A stretch of 40,790 nt of DNA from Trichomonas gallinae (taxonomy: Eukaryota), in assembly GCA_008369845.1 (NCBI GenBank), contig MRSU01001956.1, positions 1 through 40,790 on the forward strand, written 5' to 3'. Both the position numbers and the translations under genes were made by a program. Under the pieces are notes generated by a model. That model was not told where the DNA came from. It saw only the letters and a list, made by a program, of their open reading frames with translations, and searched no databases. Of this stretch, positions 32,001-40,790 are shown piece by piece (within the stretch, counting starts at the first letter, position 1; every line of letters begins with the position of its first letter).

Positions 32001-35000
32001 TCAATTATCGCTGTCATCGGCTACGATATGGGTGAATGCTTCATGCTTTACACACAGCAACTATCAAGCGTCTTCAAATTGCGAGATTCCAGTCTGATGA
32101 ATGCCGTCCTCAATTATTTCGAGACAAAAACACCAATTCCACCAGAAGTCATGCGCCAATGCTCGAGAACTCCGTCAATACTTAAAAAGCCGCACACAGG
32201 ACGTGGGTCACTCTCAAAGATCGAAATCCCGCAGATTAAGGAAATTCCTCTCCCAGCAAACGGCGCCGATGAAGCAGCTTGGTATTCATGGGCACAAGAA
32301 TTCTTCGACACAATCATCAGAAACTCAATGTCAAGAGCTATTTCAGCTTGCGCAATTCTCGCAGAAAAGCACTCATACATCAAAGACGCAATAGTTCCTA
32401 TCGCTTTCCTGCTTTACTATATATCAGCGGACCAGTCCGAATATCCTATGAAAGTCATCACATATGTTTTAACAGAACCGAATGTTCCTCAGTCAATCAT
32501 CAGGACAATGCTCACTGCTTTAGAATTGTTCGAAGTTGCTGATATTGAGAAACCATTAACAGCAGAAATATTAACAGCAAGCGCTCTCAAGACAGAAATG
32601 GCTGCCATTGCTTTGAGATCTACAGAATACAGATTCAACAGAGGTGATCCAAACTCACCAGATCTGCTGATTGACTTGTACACGAAGCTTGGCTTGAAAT
32701 TGTCAGCTCAAGGCGCATTGACTCTTTCTAAGCATTGCAAGATGAACATCGATGAATGTGCTGCAGCAGAGAAAATCGGTTTATGGGATGAAGCCCTCAA
32801 ACTTTATGATCAGAAGATAAATGAAGGCAAGACAGAGTACATCAAAGATAAGCTCAGATGCCTTGAAGCACTCGGAAGGTATGGAGAAATGGTTCAATAC
32901 GGCGGCGAAGCAGCAGCAACAGCATCATTCCACTCATTAGACTTCGACAAAATCATCCAGTGCACGAAATCATTGAACGACGACAGCGAAAGATCATCCA
33001 ATTTAATCCTCACAGCAGCTTTATTACAAAACGATACAGCAAAGATCGTAGAACTCAGCGAGAAAATCATTGCAAGATTCACTGATGATTTGTTCCCGTT
33101 GATATCTGAAGATTACAACCTTGCTCTAGAGAAGTTAACATATGCATCTCTGGTTCAATTGATCAAAGAAGCCGTCGACTACAAGAAGCTCAAGGGTTTG
33201 CTGACACACATCGACAGGACAAGACGCGATACAATCATCAAGAAGATCAACGCTATCGAACAGACGTGGAAGACAAGATTCTCTATGATCCCTGACGAAG
33301 CCAAAGTTCTCCACAACTTTATTAACACTATATTGTGTGTTGTTCCTCCAAACTTATTCGAAGGCGAAATCTCGAGAACAGCGAAGGTTTCAATTGCAGA
33401 AAAACGCTATGATATCGCAGAGAACTGCATCAGATTACTCGAAAGCACAGTTGGCGATGCAAACTCTAAACTGTTAAGAGGATCTTTGCTGTATTCAAAG
33501 GCCCAGAAGGATGAAGCCACACAGGTGATTTTGTCTGTTGCTCAAAATGAAAGCTTCAGCAATGTCGACAGGGCAAAAGCAGAGATTGTTTTGAGCAAGT
33601 GGTGCGAGGAGAAGAAAGACTTCCAGACAGCCATAGAACACGCAAAGCATTCAGTTGATCTTTGCCAAGCCATGGCGGAAGCACATGATGCGTATTCGAG
33701 CGCAAACAGCCAACTCTTCATGGCCACTAACGATCCGAACACACAGATACAGGCATTCATTGGCGTTGTTTCTGCTCTCAAGATATCCAAGGTTGACTCA
33801 TTCGAATATACCCTGAAGATTTTGTCCACATTGTTCAGGAATCCTAATGCGATCGACATTTTCAGGAAGAATATGCATGACATCCCATCACACGTCTGGC
33901 TCGGTGTCATCCCACAGATTCTCTGCAGAGCTAACTTAGACGATCTTCCATCCAGAAACATTATCATTGACTTGATGGTACATGTCGGTACACATCATCC
34001 GCACGTTGTTATCTACGCAGTTCTTCCATTACTCGATGCTGACGGTGGCAGAAAGTATGTCGCACAGGCTATATACGACTGGATGGCCGTCTTGCAGCCT
34101 AATCTCACTGCAACAATGTCGAGGTTCAGCTCCGAACTTGTCAGAATAGCTGTGTTGTGGTGGGATAGGTGGTTCACGACACTCGACAGCGCAACAGCAA
34201 TAACAGACGACAACCAGCTCGTTTCGACAATCAAAGATTTACTTGACGAAACCCTCAAGACACCGGAAACAGCAATGGAGGTCGCTTTCATCCGCAGTTT
34301 GGGATCCTACGTTCACGACGTTGATGCCGCATTCAAAGCTTTCAAGCAGAACAGGACATACGAAAATCGCTCCCATCTTTGGAGACAGTTAGTTACAATC
34401 TACAACTTAATCAAACAAACAGTAGCCAACAGAACAGAATTCGATCTTGCCGATGCATCACCATTCCTCGCACAAGGCGCCATCAGCTTATCCATCCCAG
34501 GCACTTATGCTTTAGGAAAGGAATTAATCCAGATCGCTAAGATTGAAAACAACGTCAAGATCATGGCATCAAAACAGAAGCCGCGAAGAGTGGTTATTGT
34601 CGGCACAAACGGCAAAAGGTATCCATTCTTGCTGAAAGGACACGAAGATACAAGGCTCGATGAGCGTGTCATGCAGCTCTTCAAGTTCCTCAACAGCATC
34701 GTCCCAGACCAGCTCAGAGTCACACCATATGAAGTGCTTCCTCTGACTCGCGACGTCGGCCTCATCGGCTGGGTTCCAAACTGCACAACTTTGTTCGAGC
34801 TTGTGAAGAACTACAGAACAATGAAGAACATCAATATCGAGGAAGAGTGCTTGGAGTCTATGCGCGGCGTAGACTACAATTCTTTGTATCTCGACGAAAA
34901 AGTTGCTGCATTCAAGCGCGGATTAAAGAAGACACCAGGTGATGATCTCAGGAGAATTTTGTTCATCCATTCTTTAGATACAGTTCACTGGCTTGACAGG

Positions 35001-35513
35001 AGAAAGACATATACAGCTTCTCTCGCATCCACATCCATTTTCGGCTACATCCTCGGCCTCGGAGACAGGCACATGTCGAACATCATGATGGACGCGCACA
35101 CAGCTAAATTAATCCACATCGATTTCGGCGACTGCTTCGAAGTTGCTCAGCACAGGCGTTTGTACCCTGAAATGGTCCCATTCAGGCTCACGAGAATGCT
35201 CGTCAACGCTCTTGAACCAGCTGGCGTTGATGGAGCGTTCAGGACGTTGTGCACTATTTTGATGGACACTTGCCGCCAGAACAGGACAAAGATTTCCGGT
35301 TTACTCGAGGCTTTCGTTTACGATCCGCTTTTGCAGTGGCTCAACAACGAAAACACAGCCGGCGGCGTTGTTTCTAGGATCGACTCTAAACTTAGCGGCA
35401 AGGACTTCGGCTTCAAGATGACGACAACTCAGCAGATTGATATGTTAATCAGTGAGGCGACAAGTAACAAGAACCTTTGCCAGATGTTCCGCGGCTGGTA
35501 TCCATGGTGGTGA
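29037..35513 (+). CDS. TOR: Target-of-rapamycin-like PIKK kinase (HEAT, FAT, divergent FRB, kinase, FATC)
   Basis: SKQKPR, FLLKGHEDTRLDERVMQLF, YILGLGDRHMSN, HIDFGDCFE, PEMVPFRLTRML, LEAFVYDPLLQW, FATC NLCQMFRGWYPWW; 2158 aa. Confidence 0.95.
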   Translation: MDINKLSNFFSFSPNNETATPVKQFRQDTIEYYISKIQIDLQNGLSPQSSGSLQNFVTFITSKHAAYVQKNEESFFLNELFSVVSLTHLEYNLFLYLTLVSSLTNIDLGDKVAKANRIARDIINIPPDPNPKNFVLLRKILIYLDRILEQASQMIFQPLLKNVTAWVIKPDTQSVIAGYRLLSLICELFNEFIQTMESKLQSIISYSLQIPGPEIRETVNDIITITFQREDPKKPFSFNIFATKIMAQLTKSIWRYFPGSISCAERIIELRSHYIEKFKFSYLPLENLNVKENEGKIATLLLLPFIAITTPELFTDDALKQLFKLLHPMHKKKHELRKEAAFSLGKLIFALGNSVKKFKKELDYAYSHIKDYVVFPEVVYCIAALTAAEICKFEAFQSFVFTVPLNQITIDAIQKLAKVLPEQTQNLHSRYLYHINTILGNNDASPGDIIIAIKGIKQLEIPCSLIANNFMVSCSRHLFNSSLEVRIHTLEFILRYQNEKPSTEIIYRIFSYMTFEQDEDTRRSVFPRLNMQPLNPDFCLILSTFLHDQCVDVKIGALSFLLKLAKYQAAIDILTQYFQIIMEDIEHGEVNGVNAKLFLILAQFAKDNSSLAQLLEQFASKLISSFLNKRQKQSSSALKLLSLIIPISPESVTISQLVYHIDNGLSVHSSAKRLSSAIDLLIVGLRYTDLNQTIYNEHISLHSHLLAASARPAAKDSHQKILRALMLVGPIKNPNYRLESKSTPLTARYIVESEETNPMKMILSASVSVVVSLILDVLINDDMFSLHPAAIEVLITIMKVNRIFSDDLSSQLIHTISELFTASHLATASILIANISTIMTVLGDKFAPMIHKSIDLVMEVWGRMDNLHLVRMCEWMFMTVQEPFLTHLHRLCKFFCDKLTTDDLRTTMAILSAFVTFGETVRTVAITIIPAYLKFLRQMVDQEVIMDDALDRFRTVLANSDPKTFFVPVTRMMTEITRIRPSTHDRCCSIIAVIGYDMGECFMLYTQQLSSVFKLRDSSLMNAVLNYFETKTPIPPEVMRQCSRTPSILKKPHTGRGSLSKIEIPQIKEIPLPANGADEAAWYSWAQEFFDTIIRNSMSRAISACAILAEKHSYIKDAIVPIAFLLYYISADQSEYPMKVITYVLTEPNVPQSIIRTMLTALELFEVADIEKPLTAEILTASALKTEMAAIALRSTEYRFNRGDPNSPDLLIDLYTKLGLKLSAQGALTLSKHCKMNIDECAAAEKIGLWDEALKLYDQKINEGKTEYIKDKLRCLEALGRYGEMVQYGGEAAATASFHSLDFDKIIQCTKSLNDDSERSSNLILTAALLQNDTAKIVELSEKIIARFTDDLFPLISEDYNLALEKLTYASLVQLIKEAVDYKKLKGLLTHIDRTRRDTIIKKINAIEQTWKTRFSMIPDEAKVLHNFINTILCVVPPNLFEGEISRTAKVSIAEKRYDIAENCIRLLESTVGDANSKLLRGSLLYSKAQKDEATQVILSVAQNESFSNVDRAKAEIVLSKWCEEKKDFQTAIEHAKHSVDLCQAMAEAHDAYSSANSQLFMATNDPNTQIQAFIGVVSALKISKVDSFEYTLKILSTLFRNPNAIDIFRKNMHDIPSHVWLGVIPQILCRANLDDLPSRNIIIDLMVHVGTHHPHVVIYAVLPLLDADGGRKYVAQAIYDWMAVLQPNLTATMSRFSSELVRIAVLWWDRWFTTLDSATAITDDNQLVSTIKDLLDETLKTPETAMEVAFIRSLGSYVHDVDAAFKAFKQNRTYENRSHLWRQLVTIYNLIKQTVANRTEFDLADASPFLAQGAISLSIPGTYALGKELIQIAKIENNVKIMASKQKPRRVVIVGTNGKRYPFLLKGHEDTRLDERVMQLFKFLNSIVPDQLRVTPYEVLPLTRDVGLIGWVPNCTTLFELVKNYRTMKNINIEEECLESMRGVDYNSLYLDEKVAAFKRGLKKTPGDDLRRILFIHSLDTVHWLDRRKTYTASLASTSIFGYILGLGDRHMSNIMMDAHTAKLIHIDFGDCFEVAQHRRLYPEMVPFRLTRMLVNALEPAGVDGAFRTLCTILMDTCRQNRTKISGLLEAFVYDPLLQWLNNENTAGGVVSRIDSKLSGKDFGFKMTTTQQIDMLISEATSNKNLCQMFRGWYPWW

Positions 35514-36497
35514 GTTTATACTCATTATTTATTATGTTTATACATTATTTTTTTTATTTGTTTATTATTATTCATTAAACAATTTATTACGATTTGTATT
35601 AAATTTAATTTTTTAATAATAAAATGAATACTCAAAGATTTCATATACTTCTAGCTCAGATATAGTCAAAAATCACATAATTTCTGTTTATACAAAATTA
35701 CAAGAGTTTGATTTATTCTAAAATAACAGCTATTTATATGACTGATACTGAAATATTTCCAACCAAATCCTAGACATTCATCATGTTGCAAGAAATGATG
35801 CTTATATATATATATTCATTGACATAACCGAACTATTTTCGCTATCGATGCTTATGGATTATATTAACTATGTCATAGTAAACATGTCCGAGCTCATGAA
35901 AGACGACTCTTCAAGAATGGTCCTAAAACATGTCTAATAACAGTTACATATGCACAGTACCACTACTATGCTTATTTAAGACCATATTATGTGTGTATTT
36001 ACTGTTCTAAACATAAAATTTCAATTGAATAACGAATTATACCGCGAAATTGAATTATTTCATCACATTTATAGACTATTACATATATATATAGTTATAA
36101 TATACTGGTATTTTTGTTTGAAAGAAAGATAATAGCCGTGAAAATATCTAAAAACATATTTGACCCCGTATAGTATTTATTTGGCAAATTAAATGTTTAT
36201 GTGGCAAAATAACAAAATTCCTTGAAATGTGGATGTTTAATCTCTAAGACTTCTGCTATAACTTAAATAGGTTTAGACTATAGGAGCAGATGGAAAGAAG
36301 AATATTTACCGTCTCAAAGATGGATTAATCCTAAACTGTGTCGAAAAAAATGCCAAAAAAATCGAAAAAATTTTGCCAAGTCGGTGTTTTTAATGAAATA
36401 AACCATTTAAATAACAGAAATGCTATATTCATCAAAAAATTGCGAAAAAATAAAAATGAGGAGAATTTTACGGGCGTGAGTAAAATTATTCTCATTG

Positions 36498-39400
36498 ATG
36501 TCTCAAATCACTGCAGAATCAATTGCGAAAATTAGATCTGCAGATGAGCTTAGAAAGATCGCAGTGAATCTTATAAAACAAGTTGATGAATTAAATGAGC
36601 AACTTACCATTGCAAATCTTTCAGCATCAGCATTTGAAAGCCAAATTCAAGCTTACAAAATGGAATTAGCAGCATCAAAAGAAAAAGAATCATCATTGAC
36701 TGCTTTTATTGAAACAATGATGAAAGAAAAACCGGAAAACGAGAAAAAAATCAACGATCAAGATAATAACGACAAAATAGCGAAATTGAATGACGAAATT
36801 TCGTCATTGAAGCTAGAAATATCAAGCTACCAACAAAAAGTAGCTGATTTAACGGAAATTATTAATTTAACGCCAAACGACAGTCAAGATAAAATAATAA
36901 AACTACAAAAACAATTAGAGCAACAAAATAATGATCAAAATGCGCTTATAGAAGCATTTGATCAAGAAAAGAAAGATTTAGAAAATAAAATCGCGCAATT
37001 ACAATCTAATAACAACAACACAGAGATAGACACCCTTTTACTTGCTTTCCAAGAAGAAAAATCAAGCTTAGAAAAGCAAATTCAAGATCTTAAACTAAAA
37101 TTACAAGATAACGACGTTGACAGCCTAATTACAGCATTTAATCAAGAAAAAATGGAAACAGACGCGAAAATACACCAACTTTTAATGGAAAATGGCCGCC
37201 TACAAGAAGAAATTAAACAGAAAGAAGATGAAAATAATTTAATCATTAAAACTATAAATGAAGACAAGGATAAACTTGCTAAAATATTTGATGAAACAAA
37301 TTCAGCCTTAACACAAGAGAAAGAAAATCTACAAAATCAGCTTAAAGAACTTAAAGAAAAATTCGATCTTAATGAAATTCAGTCAAATGAGACAATAAGA
37401 GCAAGAGACCTAACCATACAAGTAATAGAAGAACAAAGAACTGAGGCTGAGCAAAAAGTAACTGAATTGCAAAATAAAATTAATTCATTAGAATCAAATC
37501 AAACAAATGCAGAAGCAGAATTACAGTCACAGTTAATAGCACAACAGCAAACGATAAATTCATTACAAAACCAAAACAAAGATTATCAAAATCAAATAAA
37601 TGAATTAAATACATTGAAAGTCGATTTGCTGAATAGTATAAATTCACTGACAAACGAAAATCAAGAGCAAAAAGCCAAAATAAACAAACAAATCGAAAGG
37701 AAATTATTTGGATCAAAACATTCAGCTAAATCTCTTGATGATCAGTCTTCTTCAGGTGCATCTTTCAATGAAAAAGAGTATAAGGCTAAGATTTCTGAAT
37801 TAAAGTCACAATTAGTCTCATTGCATGAAGAAAACATGCAGAAAGATGATCAAATCGAAGAATTAACAAACAAAATCGACAAACTTTCTGCTTATGAGTT
37901 CCAAGTGAATGCTTTACTTGAAGAAGATCGAAGAAAAGAAGATCGAATTAAAAATGTGCAACATTCATTAGGATCTCAAATAAATGAGTTGAACAGTACT
38001 ATAGTTAAATCGGAGCTTGAACATAAATCACAAATAACTAAACTAGAGTCACAAGTTGCAACTTTAACAGAACAAAACAATAAACTTAAATCAGAACTTA
38101 AAGCAAAGAGTTCATCCTACAAACTTCTCGAAGATGAATCCAATGCAATTAAAGCAGAACACAAAGCAGCACTTATATCATTGCAAGAGATCCTCCAAAA
38201 TTATGAAAAGACTCTTTACGGACTTCGCAGTGATCTCAAAGCGAGCCAAAACACAATTAAAGAACTCAACGAAAAAGTTTTTGGTTTAGACAATCAACTG
38301 GTTTCATCACAATCAGATTCCCAAAAGAAAGAAGAGCAAATCAGAGCATTGACACAATCGTCACGCGAATTCAAACAGAGAGCGCAAGCGAAACTCGAAG
38401 AATTAAAATCAGCTACACAGCAGAAAGAAGAAACAATTATCAAACTCACAGAACAGCTTGGAAATACACAAAAGTCAGTGAAAGATAAAGAAATAGAAAT
38501 TTCAAACCTTCGAGATCAAAATTCAACATTACGTGCATCAATTGCCAGCATCAAACAAGCATCAGCATTTTCATCGGACGAAAAATCTCAGCTTATCGAA
38601 GAGCTTCATTTGTCTATAACAGATAACATGAAAACAATTTCTTCTCTTAAGAGCGAGCTTAGAGACTTGAAATCTACAGTTGATTCACAGAATAAAACTA
38701 TACAAGATTCAACAAATGAAATCAATTCACTTCGTCAACAACTCGCTCAAGCTTCTTCTGAACTTGAAGTGCAAATATCTACATTAACATCAGAGAAAGA
38801 ATCATTGTCTAACATAGTTAATGAGCTTCAAACACAGGCATCAACATTTGAATCAGAAAAAGAACTTTTGACAAAAACAATCTCTGAATTAAATCAGCAT
38901 ATTTCCTCTCTAACCAACGATAAAGAAACACTTTCACAGAAAATATCAGAACTCGAATCACAGACATCCTATCTCAATAACGAGAAGAAGTCCATGTCTT
39001 CTAGAGACTCTGATCTTGAGAATCTCATCGCACAGTTAACAGCCGAGAAAGAATCATTGACTCAGGCATTGAATGAACTAAATCAACAGATTTCTGCATT
39101 AACATCGGAAAGAGATTCGCTTTCTCTGAAACTTTCAGAACTAGAAGCACTAATTGCTTCATTGACATCAGAAAAGGAGTCAATGACTGCTAAAATCAAT
39201 GACCTCGAAACACAAATTACTGATTTGACATCTGAGAAAGAATCATTGTCTACAATTGATTCTGAACTTGAAGCCCAAATTGCTGCATTGAAATCTGATA
39301 AAGAATTATTGGCTCAGAACCTTTCTGAACTAAACAAAGAAATATCAACATTGTCAACGGAGAAAGAGTCATTGACCTCCAAAGATAACGAACTTGCCGC

Positions 39401-40790
39401 GCAAATCTCTTCTTTGTCGTCAGAGAAGGAAAGGCTGGTATCTGAACTTAATCAACAGATTTCAACATTAACTCAGAAAGTCAGTGAACTTGAAGCACAA
39501 ATTTCTTCTTTGACTTCAGAGAAAGAAACATTAGTGTCTAATGACTCCGAACTTCGAGCAGCTAATTCTTCATTAGTATCAGAGAAGGAGTCATTAACTC
39601 AGAATATTTCTGAACTAAATCAGAAGGTTTCTACATTATCTACAGATAAGGAATCATTAACTCTTACAATTACTGATCTAAATGGTCTGATTTCAACATT
39701 GACAGCTCAAAAAGAATCAGCAGAACAGAAAGCTACTGAATTAGAATCACAAATGAATTCACTTTCTCAACAAATAACAGAGCTTGAAGCGAAGAATGCA
39801 ACAATGTCATCTGAGAAAGAATCATTATCCAATAACGCTTCTGATCTCAGTGAACAAATCTCTTCTCTTTCAACCGATAATGAATCACTTTCACAGAAAG
39901 TTCAGGAACTAGAAACACAGAATGCATCATTGTCTTCTGAGAAAGAGTTATTGACTGACAAAGTTGGTGAACTCGAAGCTCAAATATCATCATTGACTTC
40001 AGAGAAGGACGCATTGTCTCAGAGTATTCTTGAGCTCAATGATCAAATATCTTCTCTATCAATAGAGAAAGAATCACTTTCACAGAAAGTTTCTGATCTT
40101 GAAACTCAGACATCTTCCCTATCATCAGAGAAAGATTTAATGTCTGCTAAAGACAGCGAATTTGAGGTACAAATTTCTTCTTTGATTTCCGAGAAAGAAT
40201 CATTAACACAGAAAGTTAATGAACTTGAGGAAACAGTTGCTTCATTAGCAGCAGATAAAGAAACATTGACATCTGAAAAAGGGTCATTAACTCAGAAGAT
40301 CAACGAACTTGAGTTGCAAGCTTCTTCTCTTACATCAGAGAAAGACTTATTAGCTACAAAGGATAACGAACTTGAGTCACGGATTTCATCATTAGCAGCA
40401 GAGAATGAGTCATTGACGCAGAAGATCAATGAACTCGAAACACAAGTTTCTTCCCTTTCATCTGAGAAGGAAACGTTGTCTACTAAGGATTCTGAACTTG
40501 AGTCACAGATTTCTTCATTAACATCGGAGAAAGATGCATTTGCACAGAAAGTTAATGAGCTCGAACAACAGGTTGCATCATTGAATGCGACGGTTGATGA
40601 GCAAAAGAATCAAGCTGAAGCAAAGGATTCTGAACTAAATCAGTTGCGTTCTTCAATTTCAGAGATGACCAATCAGATTGAAGATCTTGAGAATTCTAAC
40701 AAGCAACTCGCAGAAGAAGTTGAAACAAAGAATTCATCAATCAAATCTCTCGAAGAACAATCTAGCACAAATACATCAGAGCACGAAGCA
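36498..40790 (+). CDS. Very large coiled-coil protein (>1431 aa, 'viral A-type inclusion'-like annotation class), 3' truncated by the window
   Basis: Inr TCATT 36492-36496, then ATG 36498 (MSQITAESIAKIRSADELRK...); same frame at all spot-checked positions through 40790; not in ORF track, presumably because no stop lies in the window. Confidence 0.88.
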   Translation, partial: MSQITAESIAKIRSADELRKIAVNLIKQVDELNEQLTIANLSASAFESQIQAYKMELAASKEKESSLTAFIETMMKEKPENEKKINDQDNNDKIAKLNDEISSLKLEISSYQQKVADLTEIINLTPNDSQDKIIKLQKQLEQQNNDQNALIEAFDQEKKDLENKIAQLQSNNNNTEIDTLLLAFQEEKSSLEKQIQDLKLKLQDNDVDSLITAFNQEKMETDAKIHQLLMENGRLQEEIKQKEDENNLIIKTINEDKDKLAKIFDETNSALTQEKENLQNQLKELKEKFDLNEIQSNETIRARDLTIQVIEEQRTEAEQKVTELQNKINSLESNQTNAEAELQSQLIAQQQTINSLQNQNKDYQNQINELNTLKVDLLNSINSLTNENQEQKAKINKQIERKLFGSKHSAKSLDDQSSSGASFNEKEYKAKISELKSQLVSLHEENMQKDDQIEELTNKIDKLSAYEFQVNALLEEDRRKEDRIKNVQHSLGSQINELNSTIVKSELEHKSQITKLESQVATLTEQNNKLKSELKAKSSSYKLLEDESNAIKAEHKAALISLQEILQNYEKTLYGLRSDLKASQNTIKELNEKVFGLDNQLVSSQSDSQKKEEQIRALTQSSREFKQRAQAKLEELKSATQQKEETIIKLTEQLGNTQKSVKDKEIEISNLRDQNSTLRASIASIKQASAFSSDEKSQLIEELHLSITDNMKTISSLKSELRDLKSTVDSQNKTIQDSTNEINSLRQQLAQASSELEVQISTLTSEKESLSNIVNELQTQASTFESEKELLTKTISELNQHISSLTNDKETLSQKISELESQTSYLNNEKKSMSSRDSDLENLIAQLTAEKESLTQALNELNQQISALTSERDSLSLKLSELEALIASLTSEKESMTAKINDLETQITDLTSEKESLSTIDSELEAQIAALKSDKELLAQNLSELNKEISTLSTEKESLTSKDNELAAQISSLSSEKERLVSELNQQISTLTQKVSELEAQISSLTSEKETLVSNDSELRAANSSLVSEKESLTQNISELNQKVSTLSTDKESLTLTITDLNGLISTLTAQKESAEQKATELESQMNSLSQQITELEAKNATMSSEKESLSNNASDLSEQISSLSTDNESLSQKVQELETQNASLSSEKELLTDKVGELEAQISSLTSEKDALSQSILELNDQISSLSIEKESLSQKVSDLETQTSSLSSEKDLMSAKDSEFEVQISSLISEKESLTQKVNELEETVASLAADKETLTSEKGSLTQKINELELQASSLTSEKDLLATKDNELESRISSLAAENESLTQKINELETQVSSLSSEKETLSTKDSELESQISSLTSEKDAFAQKVNELEQQVASLNATVDEQKNQAEAKDSELNQLRSSISEMTNQIEDLENSNKQLAEEVETKNSSIKSLEEQSSTNTSEHEA
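36942..37185 (+). repeat. Three 30-aa (90-bp) coding repeats LI.AF.QEK..LE.KI..L
   Basis: ALIEAFDQEKKDLENKIAQL (36942), TLLLAFQEEKSSLEKQIQDL (37032), SLITAFNQEKMETDAKIHQL (37122). Confidence 0.75.
38757..40590 (+). repeat. Coding tandem repeat, 21 aa (63 bp), consensus SELEAQISSLTSEKESLTQKV, roughly 28-30 units
   Basis: Recurrent TCAGAGAAAGAATCATT-like blocks at multiples of 63 bp, with occasional heptad indels. Confidence 0.85.

Noticed and set aside
31394..34786. Multiple antisense ORFs inside TOR (likewise inside FANCI, USP7 and the WD40 gene)
   Set aside because: Shadow ORFs of long coding sequences
36338..36535. 65-aa Lys-rich ORF
   Set aside because: Made of A-tracts in the promoter; overlaps the real start at 36498 in another frame
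1..40790. Introns, tRNA/rRNA/snRNA genes, Maverick or mariner elements
   Set aside because: No ACTAACACACAG-type intron end, cloverleaf, terminal inverted repeats or transposase/integrase ORF recognised by eye; tRNAscan/Infernal not run, so small RNAs cannot be excluded

Overview
Eukaryotic, apparently intronless, gene-dense window with AT-rich intergenic DNA. It is most likely from a trichomonad such as Trichomonas vaginalis (inference from TCA(T/C)T initiators just 5' of ATGs, TAA+A stop/poly(A) overlaps, an R2R3 Myb and a long heptad-repeat protein). About 15 protein genes: a probably frameshifted secreted-family gene, TRAPPC8/Trs85-like, SDF2-like MIR protein, two coiled-coil hypotheticals, a small single-pass membrane protein, a USP7-like deubiquitinase, an atypical CAMK-group kinase, FANCI-like, ARF1, Myb, a WD40 protein, a small hypothetical, a divergent TOR kinase, and a large coiled-coil ORF (36498 to window end) missing from the ORF track. 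No tRNA, rRNA, CRISPR or mobile element was recognised, and I see no novel multi-gene system. The best leads are: TOR with a predicted rapamycin-insensitive FRB and no regulatory insert; FANCI with its ubiquitination lysine; TRAPPC8 lacking an ATG for its conserved N-terminus; and TGACA/TGTCA-core motif arrays in several promoters. Homology calls come from motif recognition by eye, not database searches.
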